From an uncultured delta proteobacterium (GTDB lineage Bacteria; Myxococcota_A; UBA9160; UBA4427), in contig CAWGJT010000010.1 of the NCBI GenBank assembly GCA_963822965.1, positions 352,001 to 416,000 of the forward strand: a DNA stretch of 64,000 bases, given 5' to 3'. Every line of letters starts with the position of its first letter. The first letter of the stretch is position 1. Position numbers and translations under genes: made by a program. Below are positions 44,639-54,167 of this stretch, piece by piece. The notes under the pieces were generated by a model, which worked only from the letters and a program-made list of their open reading frames with translations, made no database searches and had not been told where the DNA came from.

Positions 44639-45693
44639 GGAGACTCCGGGAGCGACTCGAAGAGCCGTTGGAGCCGTTCGAGCCGCGCATCCCAGGGGGC
44701 CGCCTCGCGAGCGGCGGCGCGCAGGGTTCGCGCCGCCCGGGGCAACAATGCCAGGTAGCGCGTGTCACCGCGGGTGTGCGCCGCGTACAGGTAGCGGGCG
44801 AGATCCTTGCCGTTGCGGGTGAGCGTGAGCAGCGCGAAGCGACGTGCGAAGACCTCCGGGCTCGGCCGGTCGGGCAACGCCTGCCGAGTCTCCTCGAGTC
44901 GCGAACGGACGAAGCGCTCGTCGAGCGCGACGTGAGAATCGCGCAGCAGGCAGACCAGGTCGTACTCGGGCGGTGCCAGCAGCGCGCCCTGCAGGTCGAT
45001 CATCACGAGCCGCCGGCCCGGCTCGCCGCCGGGCCGCAGATGCAGATTGGCCGCCTTGTAGTCGCGGTGGGACAGGCGCTGGGGTGCCTGCCGGGACTCC
45101 CGGGCCACCAGCGCGAAGGCATCCCGGACGACCTCGGCCTCGGCGGGCGTCCCCGCACGACCGAGCGCCCACGGCAGCACCCACTCGACCACCTGCTCGG
45201 CCTTGTAGGTGAAGAAGGCCTCGCCCAGACGCCGGTCGAAGCGCGGCAGGTCGTCCGCCGGCGACACGGCCTGCAGGCGCGGGATCCAGGCGCAGGCCTC
45301 CGCGTAGAGCGCTCGGACCTCGTCTGCGGGTCGGTGCCGGGCGGCCGTCTCGAGGCTCTCGCGGCCTGCGTCTTCGAGCAGCATCGTCTCGGGCGTGCAC
45401 GCGTAGCAGACCGGCACGGGCAGTCCGCGTCGCTCCAGCAGGCTGCGGATGGGCTCGAGGGGCGGCTCGGGCGGGAGGCCGGGGGGACGCAGGGCCGGGT
45501 CTTCCGGCGCCTCGACGCGCGCCACCACGGTCTCCGGCGGGCCGGCCGCGAGCTGCAGCCGATAGAAGCGGCGCTGCCCCAGTCCGGCCTCGATCGGCTC
45601 GATGCCCAGGACGGGCCGACCCAGGGTCTCGCCCGCGAGCGCCACGACGCGATCGCGGATCGCGCGCTCCTCGTCTTCGCTCCGAGCCGTCAC
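44626..45693 (-). CDS. Aminoglycoside phosphotransferase family kinase, AmgK-like
   Basis: RRFYRL, LLEDAG, HRDYKAANL, IDLQGA, YDLVCLLRD. Confidence 0.85.
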   Translation of the reverse strand: MTARSEDEERAIRDRVVALAGETLGRPVLGIEPIEAGLGQRRFYRLQLAAGPPETVVARVEAPEDPALRPPGLPPEPPLEPIRSLLERRGLPVPVCYACTPETMLLEDAGRESLETAARHRPADEVRALYAEACAWIPRLQAVSPADDLPRFDRRLGEAFFTYKAEQVVEWVLPWALGRAGTPAEAEVVRDAFALVARESRQAPQRLSHRDYKAANLHLRPGGEPGRRLVMIDLQGALLAPPEYDLVCLLRDSHVALDERFVRSRLEETRQALPDRPSPEVFARRFALLTLTRNGKDLARYLYAAHTRGDTRYLALLPRAARTLRAAAREAAPWDARLERLQRLFESLPESPCAP

Positions 45694-45721
45694 GGGCGGG
45701 AGCGTCCCCGGCGCGGCCGGC

Positions 45722-47050
45722 TCATCGCACGGCTCCGAAGAAGAGGTGGCAGGCCGCCACCGCGCCCACGAAGCCCGCGACGTCCCCCGTCAGGCAGGCC
45801 GCCAGCGCGTGGCGGCCCTGGGTGATGCGGGCCGCGCCGTAGTACAGCGCCAGCACGTAGAAGGTGGTCTCGGTGGAGCCCTGGAGGGTGCTCGTCAACA
45901 TGCCGATGAACGAGTCCGGACCGTAGGCGGTGAGCGTCTCGCTCATGACGCCGAACGATCCCGACCCCGACAGTGGACGTAGGAGTGCCATGGGCATCAC
46001 CTCGGCCGGGACGCCCACGGCCTGGGTGTAGGGGGCGATCGCCTCGATCACCCGGTCCAGCAGCCCCGAGCCGCGCAGCATCTTCACGGCGGCGATGATC
46101 GCGACGAGGTAGGGGACGATGCGGACCGCCACGTCGAGCCCCTCCTTGCCTCCCGCGATCATCGACTCGTAGACCGACACGCGGCCGGCGACCCCGATCA
46201 GCAGCGAGCCCACGATCAGCATCGGGAAGGCCCAGACCTGGGCGAGGGAGAGCAGGGCGCTGGCCACGCCCACGTCGGCCGCGTCGCGGTGGAGCTGCAG
46301 GGCGAACCCGACCGTCAGGGCGGCGAGCACGCCGAAGACCAGCAGCAGCCGGCCGGGTGCGGGGGGGCGCGGGTCGCGCCGGCTCGCGTCGCCTTCCCCG
46401 GACGCGTAGGCGTCTTCTTCCTCGGCCTCCGTTTCGGCCGCGGGCAGGGCGGACGCCGGCACCGCGCGGAAGGCCGGCAGCCGCCGAAGCAGGTAGAACA
46501 TGGCGACCGCCGCCAGGGTCGAGCAGGTCGTCGCGATCAGGGTCGGGACGTAGATCGCGTCCGCCTGGGTCGAGCCGGCCGCGGCGCGGACGAAGATGGT
46601 TCCGCTCGGCGGGACGAGCGTGATGGCGGACGTGTTGATGGCGAGGAACAGCACCATCGCATCGGAGGCGGTCCGGGAGTGGCCGTTCAGCTTGGACAGC
46701 TCGGTCATGGCCTTCAGGCCGAAGGGCGTGGCCGCGTTGCCCAGCCCGAGCATGTTGGAAGCCATGTTCATCACGATGGCACCCATGGCGGGGTGGTCGG
46801 GTGGGACCTCGGGAAAGAGACGCCGCAGCAGGGGCGACAGGCCTCGCGCGATCCAGTCCCGCAGGCCGCCGTCGAAGGCCACGCGGATCACGCCGAGCAT
46901 GAAGATCATGCCGCCGACGAGACCGATCACGAGGTTGACGGCGTCCTTGGAGCCGTCGACGAGGCCCTGTGAGACCTGGGTCATGCGACCGGTGAACGCG
47001 GCGTAGACGACCGAGCAGAGGATCAGCCCGAGCCAGATCCAGTTGAGCAC
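45722..47050 (-). CDS. Fused SpmA/SpmB nucleoside-recognition (Gate) membrane protein
   Basis: MLNWIW, NMLGLGNAATPFGLKAM, FLAINTS, RPLSGSG, GSTETTFYV. Confidence 0.9.
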   Translation of the reverse strand: MLNWIWLGLILCSVVYAAFTGRMTQVSQGLVDGSKDAVNLVIGLVGGMIFMLGVIRVAFDGGLRDWIARGLSPLLRRLFPEVPPDHPAMGAIVMNMASNMLGLGNAATPFGLKAMTELSKLNGHSRTASDAMVLFLAINTSAITLVPPSGTIFVRAAAGSTQADAIYVPTLIATTCSTLAAVAMFYLLRRLPAFRAVPASALPAAETEAEEEDAYASGEGDASRRDPRPPAPGRLLLVFGVLAALTVGFALQLHRDAADVGVASALLSLAQVWAFPMLIVGSLLIGVAGRVSVYESMIAGGKEGLDVAVRIVPYLVAIIAAVKMLRGSGLLDRVIEAIAPYTQAVGVPAEVMPMALLRPLSGSGSFGVMSETLTAYGPDSFIGMLTSTLQGSTETTFYVLALYYGAARITQGRHALAACLTGDVAGFVGAVAACHLFFGAVR

Positions 47051-47248
47051 CGGTACCCCCCAGCCCAGTGATCGGTATGCGATTGCTGTCCCGCAGGCTC
47101 GGGGATAAGCTCGCGCAAGTCAAGCTTTCCTCCCCCCGGCCGATGGCTTGCTCCAGGTGTGCGCGGCGACGTCGCGCCGACGCAGAGCGGGCGTGGTGCG
47201 TGCGGTCACGATGGAGCGTGGGAGGATCCGCCAGGTCATGAACAGCCC

Positions 47249-48709
47249 ATGAAGGAGCAGGTGGGCGTCCGGATCGCGGCGGTGTTGCTGCTCGCGCTGC
47301 TCGTCCTGTCGCCCGTGCCCGCGGTGCGGGCGGCGGCGGAGGGGGTGCCCAAGCGCCCGACCACCCCGCTCGCCATGAAGCTCGAGGCGGCCCTCGCCGT
47401 GAAGGGACTGCGGCGGGCGCGCGTGTCGGCGCTCGTGGTGCGTGCAAGCGACGGCGAGGTGCTCTTCGAGCGCTCGCCCGATCGCGCGCTCACGCCCGCG
47501 TCGAACATGAAGATCCTGACGGCGCTGGCCGCGCTCCAGACCTTCGGACCCACCTATCGCTTCGAGACGCCGATCCTCGCGGACGCGCCCCTCGACGCCG
47601 ACGGTGGCGTCCACGAGCTCTTCGTGCGCGGCGCGGGCGATCCGGTGCTGAACTCCGAGGACTGGTGGCGGATCGCCGCCGACCTGCATGCCCACGGGCT
47701 GCGTCGTGTGAGCGGCGACATCGTGCTGGACGACGGCGTCTTCGATTCCGCGCGCTGGCATCCCGACTGGGGTGCCGTCTCTTCCCGCGCCTACCACGCG
47801 CCGGTGGGGGGCATCTCGGCGAACTACGGCGCCTTCGCCGTGACGGTCCGACCGGGAGCCCGGGCGGGTGATCCCGTCTCGGTGGAGGTGGATCCGCCGA
47901 TCCCCTATCTGCGGATCGCCAATCGCGCCCGAACGGGCCACCGCAAGGAGCGCAGCTCGCTCGTCGTCGATCGCTCGGCCGCCGGGGACGTGGAGCTCGT
48001 CACCGTCGACGGCGTGGCTCCGGTGGGTGGCCCGGTGCGGACCTACTACCGCAGCGTCCTCGACCCGGTGCGGTATGCGGGTGCGATCTTCGCGATGCAG
48101 CTTCGCGCCCTGGGAATCGAGGTCGGCGGCGCTGTACGCGCCGGGTCGGTTCCCGACGGTGCGGCTCCCCTGCTGGTCTTCAAGGGACGCCCTCTGGGCG
48201 AGATCGTTCGTCTCTTCATGAAGTACAGCAACAACGTGGTCGCGGAGTCGCTCGTCAAGGCCATGGGTGCCCACGCCACGGGGGCCCCCGGCTCGTGGAA
48301 GAACGGAATCGCGGCTTCGCGCGCCGCGCTCGTCTCGCTGGGCGTCGACCTCGACGGGCTCTTCCTCGTCGACGGCTCGGGGCTGTCCTACCGGGACAAG
48401 CTCACGCCGCGGGTTCTGGTGGAGGCCCTGCGCATCGCTCGCCGCTCGTTCCGGATCGGCCCCGAGCTGACGGCGGCGCTCCCCATCGCGAACGGCGACG
48501 GCACCCTGAAGAAGCGGGTCGAGGCGGCGCCGGGCAAGGTGCGCGCGAAGACGGGGCTGCTGAACCGGGTGACTTCCCTGTCCGGCTTCGCCGAGCTCGA
48601 CGGCGGCGACGTGGCCGTGTTCTCGGTGCTGACGAACGGCTATCGCGGCAGCGACGAGGAGGCGATGGCCGCCCTCGACGAGTTCGTGGCGGTGCTCTCG
48701 GGGTCGTGA
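47249..48709 (+). CDS. dacB: D-alanyl-D-alanine carboxypeptidase/endopeptidase (S13, PBP4-like)
   Basis: PASNMK, KYSNN, DGSGLS, AKTG. Confidence 0.93.
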   Translation: MKEQVGVRIAAVLLLALLVLSPVPAVRAAAEGVPKRPTTPLAMKLEAALAVKGLRRARVSALVVRASDGEVLFERSPDRALTPASNMKILTALAALQTFGPTYRFETPILADAPLDADGGVHELFVRGAGDPVLNSEDWWRIAADLHAHGLRRVSGDIVLDDGVFDSARWHPDWGAVSSRAYHAPVGGISANYGAFAVTVRPGARAGDPVSVEVDPPIPYLRIANRARTGHRKERSSLVVDRSAAGDVELVTVDGVAPVGGPVRTYYRSVLDPVRYAGAIFAMQLRALGIEVGGAVRAGSVPDGAAPLLVFKGRPLGEIVRLFMKYSNNVVAESLVKAMGAHATGAPGSWKNGIAASRAALVSLGVDLDGLFLVDGSGLSYRDKLTPRVLVEALRIARRSFRIGPELTAALPIANGDGTLKKRVEAAPGKVRAKTGLLNRVTSLSGFAELDGGDVAVFSVLTNGYRGSDEEAMAALDEFVAVLSGS

Positions 48710-48722
48710 GCCGGCGCGTGCC

Positions 48723-49427
48723 TCAGGACGACGCGTCGGCGCGCTCGGCGGCCGCTGCGACCTCGTCGTAGATCCGCATCACCTGCTTGACGTAGACCTC
48801 CGGCACGCGGGCCTTCCGTCGGATTCGCCCGTCGATGCGTCCCGGCCCCCAGTTGTAGGCGGCCAGGGCCGTCGGCACGTGATCGTAGCGGTCGGACAGC
48901 GCTCGCAGGTACGCGATTCCCAGCTTCACGTTGACCACCGGATCGAAGAGCGTGGCCGGTCCATACCAGGGGATGCCGCGCTTGCGGGCGAGCTCTTCGC
49001 CCGTCGCGGGCATGAGCTGCATCAGGCCGAGCGCGCCCACCGGCGAGACCGCGCGGTGATAGCCGGCGCTCTCCACCTGGATCACGGCCAGCACCAGGCC
49101 GACCTCGACGTCCTGGGCCGCCGCCTCGTCGACGATGGTGCGAGCCACCTGGCGGATCTCACGACTGGAGAGCCCCGTGTGGCGCTCGTCGAGGTAGGTC
49201 ATCACGCGTCGGATCTCGACCTGACGTTCGTCGAGAGCGACCGATCCGCCCTCGATCCCCGCGATCGTGTCGGCGAGGGAGTGCCGGGACGGGGGCGGTG
49301 TGGCCACCGGCGGCAGGCCCGCCAGCTCGTCCGCGCCGGGCGGGGCCGGGACGGGGCCGGTGAGCACCTGACACGACAGGGCCAGGGTGCCGAGCAATCC
49401 GAGGCTTGCGAGAACCAGGCGCTGCAT
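48723..49427 (-). CDS. SLT-domain lytic transglycosylase lipoprotein
   Basis: Lipobox ALSC; VIQVES, AVSPVGALGLMQLMPATG, ALAAYNWGP. Confidence 0.92.
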   Translation of the reverse strand: MQRLVLASLGLLGTLALSCQVLTGPVPAPPGADELAGLPPVATPPPSRHSLADTIAGIEGGSVALDERQVEIRRVMTYLDERHTGLSSREIRQVARTIVDEAAAQDVEVGLVLAVIQVESAGYHRAVSPVGALGLMQLMPATGEELARKRGIPWYGPATLFDPVVNVKLGIAYLRALSDRYDHVPTALAAYNWGPGRIDGRIRRKARVPEVYVKQVMRIYDEVAAAAERADASS

Positions 49428-49428
49428 C

Positions 49429-49764
49429 TCAGTGGACTCCCAACGGCGACACCCCGAGGTCGCGCATGGCGGCCACGTTGTTCAGCACCGCGTAGGCGGT
49501 GGTCGAAGCGATGAACAGGAGCAGTCCGAGCTTCACGCTGCGGCCGAAGCGGTGGGTGAAGACCAGGAAGGCGATTGCGAAGAGCGTCACCGCGGTGTCG
49601 ATGGCGAGACCCGGTACCAGCCCGGCGGTCCCGAACAGCCAGGCCGCCAGGGGGTTCGCCTCGATGACCTGCCATCCCTGCACCGGCACCCGCAGACACT
49701 GGTAGGTGGTCCAGTGATCCGCACCCGTGAGCAGCAAGGTGAGTCCCGCAAGCGCCCGCAGCAT
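49429..49764 (-). CDS. Small membrane protein, DUF5658-like
   Basis: ADHWTT and EANP motifs, 3-4 TM segments. Confidence 0.7.
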   Translation of the reverse strand: MLRALAGLTLLLTGADHWTTYQCLRVPVQGWQVIEANPLAAWLFGTAGLVPGLAIDTAVTLFAIAFLVFTHRFGRSVKLGLLLFIASTTAYAVLNNVAAMRDLGVSPLGVH

Positions 49765-49842
49765 CCGTTCTCGACCCCCGGTTCGGCGGGTGGTCCGGAG
49801 CTCGCCGCAGCCCGGAAACGCCCGCGATCGATGATGGGCTAG

Positions 49843-49858
49843 AGCAAGAAGCATGCCC
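49843..49858 (-). promoter_or_regulatory. Sigma54 (-24/-12) promoter
   Basis: GGGCATGCTTCTTGCT with exact GG-N10-GC spacing, about 80 bp upstream of the DUF5658-like start. Confidence 0.65.
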
Positions 49859-50428
49859 CGGGGCCGTCGGGGACGGGGCGGGACGTGGCGGAGCGGGCAC
49901 TTGCTGCGCACCGTTGCCGTCGATCTGCCGGAGCGAGAGGGCGCGTGCTCGGCGCCGGGCCCGGGGGGCAGGGTAGTCGGTTTCCGCTTTTCTCCGGGCT
50001 CGGGCGACCTTCTCGACGGTCGCCGGCGGCGGGCTGCGGAGGGCGGAATGCGGGTGGAAGGAAGGGTGGGGCGGAGCGGGGTGGGACGCCCGGCCCCGCG
50101 CGGCGCCGGCACCCTGCGTGGGCGCGGGCGAGGGCGCGGGTCGGTGGGAGAGGCGCGGGTCGGTGGGAGTAGAGCGGCTCGAGGGCCGGGCGCAGCCCCA
50201 GGGCCGCGCCCGGCCCCGGGTGCGTGCGCTCCAAGCGAGCCGACCCAGGACGGGTCGGCTCGTGGTGTGGACGAATCCTACGGATTCATCCGGCAGGAGC
50301 ATGACCCGAGAACCGGGTCATGCTCTGCCGCAACGGGAATCCTTGAGACTCCCGATCTGGCAGAGGGAGCCCGATGGGCTCGCTTTGCGACGGAGCCGCG
50401 ATCCAAGACCTCGTCCTGGCCGCGCGTC

Positions 50429-50665
50429 CTAGCGGCGCCGCATGCGGCCCTTGCCGAGCAGCAGCCAGTCCAGGGAGATGCTCTCCTTGTTGGCCAGCGT
50501 GATCAGGAAGTCGGTGTGCGGGGTCGTTCCGTTCTCGTAGCGGTTGACGTTCTGCTGGAAGACGCCGAGGTCGCGGGCGAACTGTCGCTGGGAGCGATCT
50601 CCGCGTACCTGGGCGATGCGCTCCGGCAGCTTCTTCTTGATGCGGTTCAGTGTGGCGGTGGACAT
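50429..50665 (-). CDS. Small XRE/Cro-family HTH regulator
   Basis: SQRQFARDLGVFQQNVNRYENG...ISLDWLLLGKG; AAGGA RBS; 78 aa. Confidence 0.9.
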   Translation of the reverse strand: MSTATLNRIKKKLPERIAQVRGDRSQRQFARDLGVFQQNVNRYENGTTPHTDFLITLANKESISLDWLLLGKGRMRRR

Positions 50666-51112
50666 TTCCTTTTGCTCTCCTGTTTTTGCCTTTATCCTGG
50701 CTTTCCTGGTTCTTGCTCTCGTCCCGGTGACGGTTCCGGGCTCCTCTCCAGTCTGTGTCATCACGACTCGGCGTCTCGTTCCCGGGTCGGCTATCTCGAT
50801 GGCCGTCTCGGCCGCTCTCTCGATGGCTCTCTCGATGGTTCTCTCGATGGCTCACCCGTCCGCCGGGTCCGCCTTCCGAATCCGGATTCGGTCCCGGCGG
50901 CTCTGCGACCCTCGCGCGCCGACCCTTCTGACGACGCCGGCGCACATGAAGTTGCACCGGCCGCCGCTCGTCGTCCCGACTCGTCTCGGGCAGCCGGCGC
51001 TTGCGGCCACACCCGGCTAGCCACGTCCATCCTGGCTTCCGGGGTGAGAAGGTCGTTAGTCGAGTGCGCCGGGACCGCTTCTTGCGTTACGTGCTTTGCG
51101 GACGCCGCTCGC

Positions 51113-51222
51113 GCCTCTCGCGGCTCTCGCGGCTCTTCGCGGCTCTCGCGCCTTTCGCGGCTCTCGCGCCTTTCTCGCCTTTCGCGGCCCTCGCGCCTTT
51201 TGCGGTCCCCGCGGCCCTTGCG
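51113..51222. repeat. About 12 degenerate 9-bp tandem repeats
   Basis: CTCTCGCGG / CTTTCGCGG / CTCTCGCGC units. Confidence 0.8.
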
Positions 51223-51297
51223 TCGGTTGCGGACGTGCGCCACGTACGTCACGAAGGTTCACACGAAAGCGTCGGTCTGGCTCGTGCGACGCGGCGC

Positions 51298-51325
51298 ATT
51301 GTATACGAGGTCCAGTCATGGGCAA
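51298..51325 (-). promoter_or_regulatory. Sigma70-like promoter
   Basis: TTGCCC-N16-TACAAT on the minus strand, pointing toward the XRE gene. Confidence 0.5.
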
Positions 51326-51585
51326 GTCCGGAAGATGGGTTCGGGTGACGCGAAAGGTTGCAGGTGCGGTCGCGGGCACTGCATCGTCCACGAGAGGGAA
51401 CCCCCGTCGTTGCTTCCGGTTCCGCTCGTACGTCTTCTCGCGGCGGTCGCTGGTTGCTAGGCGTTCCCGCCGACCTCATAGGGAGAAACCCTGATGTGTC
51501 GTCGTGTTATTCGGGAGCACCCTGCTCGATTCGCCCGAGCGGCCGACGCATTCGCGTCGGATCGCCAGAGCCCACGGAGGGGATC

Positions 51586-52174
51586 GTGCGCGTCGTCGGA
51601 GGTGAGCTTCGCAGTCGGCGTCTGCAGGGCCCGCCCGAGGGCGTGCGTCCGACGTCGGATCGCGTGCGAGAAGCGCTTTTCGCGCGCCTGGGAGATGTCG
51701 GTGGCGGTCGTGTGCTGGATCTCTTTGCCGGAACCGGCGCGCTGGCGATCGAAGCCCTTTCCCGGGGGGCCGCACACGCCGTCCTCGTCGATCGATCGAC
51801 TCGATCCCTGAACGTGATTCGTTCCAATCTCGATGCGCTCGCGTTGGGTGCCCGCGCCGAGGTCCTTCGGGGAGACGCCGTTCGGGTGGCACGACGCCTG
51901 GCCGGCTCCGAGCCCTTCGACTGGATCTTCCTCGATCCGCCCTACGACTCCGACCGGCTGGTGCCGTGCCTGGTGGCGGTCGTGGAGGCGGGGCTGCTCG
52001 CCGAGTGGGGCGTCGGTGGTCGTCGAGACCGCGAAGCGCCATTCTCTCGCTGCCGTGCCCGGGCTGGCCGTCGTGGACGACAGGACCTACGGCGACACCC
52101 GTCTCACCTGGCTCGGGCCGGAGACGCGATCCGCGCGCGATACGCGATACAGAGGACGGACAGATCCCGCATGA
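51586..52174 (+). CDS. rsmD: 16S rRNA m2G966 methyltransferase (frameshift near 52010)
   Basis: RPTSDRVREALF, LDLFAGTGAL, FLDPPY, YGDT; directly upstream of coaD. Confidence 0.92.
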
Positions 52175-52671
52175 CCCAGCCGACGACTCGCATCGCGCTG
52201 TTCCCCGCCAGCTTCGATCCCGTGACGAACGGGCATCTGGATCTCATTCACCGGACCTTGAAGACCTTCGACGAGGTCGTGGTGGCGGTCGCCGAGAACG
52301 TCGACAAGAAGGGCGGGTCGTTCACGCTGGAGGAGCGGCTGGACATCCTTCGGGAGGTGCTGGCGGACGAGCCGAGAATCCGCGTGGAGACCTTCTCCGG
52401 CCTGGTGGTGGACTTCGCGGAGCGGATCGGCGCGACGGCCATCATTCGCGGCCTGCGGGCGATGTCGGACTTCGAGTACGAGTTCGAGATGGCGCTGATG
52501 AACCGGCACCTGAAGCCCAACATCGAGATCCTCTTCATGATGACGAGCCTGGAGTGTCTGTACGTGAGCTCGTCGCGCCTCAAGGAGCTGGCGCACTTCG
52601 GTGCGGACATCGAGGAGTTCGTGCCCGCGGTCGTCGCCAAGCAGCTGCGCGAGAAGCTGGGGCGCCGCTGA
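52171..52671 (+). CDS. coaD: Phosphopantetheine adenylyltransferase
   Basis: FPASFDPVTNGH, IRGLRAMSDFEYE, VSSS. Confidence 0.96.
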   Translation: MTQPTTRIALFPASFDPVTNGHLDLIHRTLKTFDEVVVAVAENVDKKGGSFTLEERLDILREVLADEPRIRVETFSGLVVDFAERIGATAIIRGLRAMSDFEYEFEMALMNRHLKPNIEILFMMTSLECLYVSSSRLKELAHFGADIEEFVPAVVAKQLREKLGRR

Positions 52672-52900
52672 GGGGCCGGCCCCGGGCGGCCTGCCCGGGC
52701 CGTTTGGATTTGGACACCGTTTCGGTAACCTCGCATGCTGTCGAAGGAAATTCGTTCGGCGATCCACCGACGGGCGCCTCCGAACGGGCAAGCAGCGAGG
52801 GCGGGCGCGAGCGCGACCGGCGGGAGGAGCGCGAGCAGGTCGGCGAGGTGCCGACGGGGGTGAGGCCCGGCGACGCAGCCGGGCGAGCCACTGGAGGGGC

Positions 52901-54167
52901 ATGAGCCAGGACCGAACGAAGCCGGGTGGGCCCCGACGGATCCTCGTCGCGGTGAGCGCCGGCATCGCCGCCTACAAGGTCCCCGAGCTCGTCCGCGACC
53001 TGATCCGGTCCGGCCATACGGTCCGGTGCGTGCTGACGCCGAACGCCACGCGCTTCGTCTCTCCCCTGGTGCTGGAGACCCTCAGCGGCCATCCGGTCGG
53101 CTCCACCCTCTTCGGAGACGCCGGAGATCCGCCCCGCCGCGTGGGCGGGAGCGAACGCGCGAACCCGATCGATCACATCGCCCTGGCCGACTGGGCGGAG
53201 CTGGTGGTCGTGGCCCCGGCCACCGCGAACCTGCTGGCTCGAATGGCGGCGGGGATGGCCGACGATCTCGTCACCGCCATCCTGCTGGCGACCCGAGCGC
53301 CGGTGCTGGCCGCGCCGGCCATGAACGTGAACATGTGGCAGCACGCTGCCACACGGGCCAACCTCGACATCCTCCGACCACCGGGGCGTGCACACGGTGG
53401 GGCCCGAGGCCGGCGATCTCGCCTGTGGCTGGCAGGGGGAGGGGCGCATGTCCGAGCCCGCCGCCATCGCCGCCGCCGCGAGCCTGCTGCTCGGCTCGGA
53501 TTCGCTCCGCGGCGAGCGCGTGCTGGTGACCGCCGGCGGCACCAGCGAGGCGATCGACGCGGTCCGCACCATCACGAACCGATCTTCGGGTCGGATGGGA
53601 TTCGCGGTCGCCGCCGAGGCGGCGCGCCGCGGCGCCGAGGTCGTGCTGGTGGCCGGCTCCACCCCTCTGACGACTCCCCCCGGTGTGCGCCGGGTCGACG
53701 TCTCGAGTGCCCTGGACATGCGCGCCGCGGTGCTGGCCGAGCTGCCGGCGGCGACTGTCGTCGTGAAGGCGGCGGCCGTGGCCGACTTCCGACCCAAGAG
53801 CCCCCAGGCGCAGAAGATCAAGAAGGAGGACCTGGCCGAGGGCCAGGGCCTCACGCTGGAGCTGGTCCCGAACCCGGACATCCTCGCCGAGGTCTGCCGA
53901 CAGAAGGGCGAGCGCATCGTGGTGGGCTTCGCGGCCGAGAGCCACGACGTGATCGCCGGCGCCCGGAGGAAGATCGCCCGCAAGGGGTGCGACCTGCTGG
54001 TGGCGAACGACGTTTCGCGCAGCGACGCCGGCTTCGACGTCGACACGAACGCCGTCTACTTCGTGTCGCCGGACGGCGAGGTGGAGGAGCTGCCGCTGCT
54101 CTCCAAGGCCGAGGTCGCGGGCCATCTCCTCGATCGCGTGGTGAAGCTCCGGGACGGACGGCGATGA
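52901..54167 (+). CDS. coaBC: Bifunctional CoaBC (frameshift near 53375)
   Basis: GIAAYK, APATAN, PAMNVNM, VTAGGT, NRSSGRMG, AAVADF, GFAAE. Confidence 0.94.

Noticed and set aside
50791..51252. Arg/Glu-rich 153-aa ORF
   Set aside because: Mostly translation of 9-bp and 12-bp repeats with no recognisable domain; not called as a CDS, though not excluded.
50666..51585. tmRNA or RNase P RNA in the long intergenic region
   Set aside because: No tRNA-like ends and no GAGGAAAGTCC signature found.
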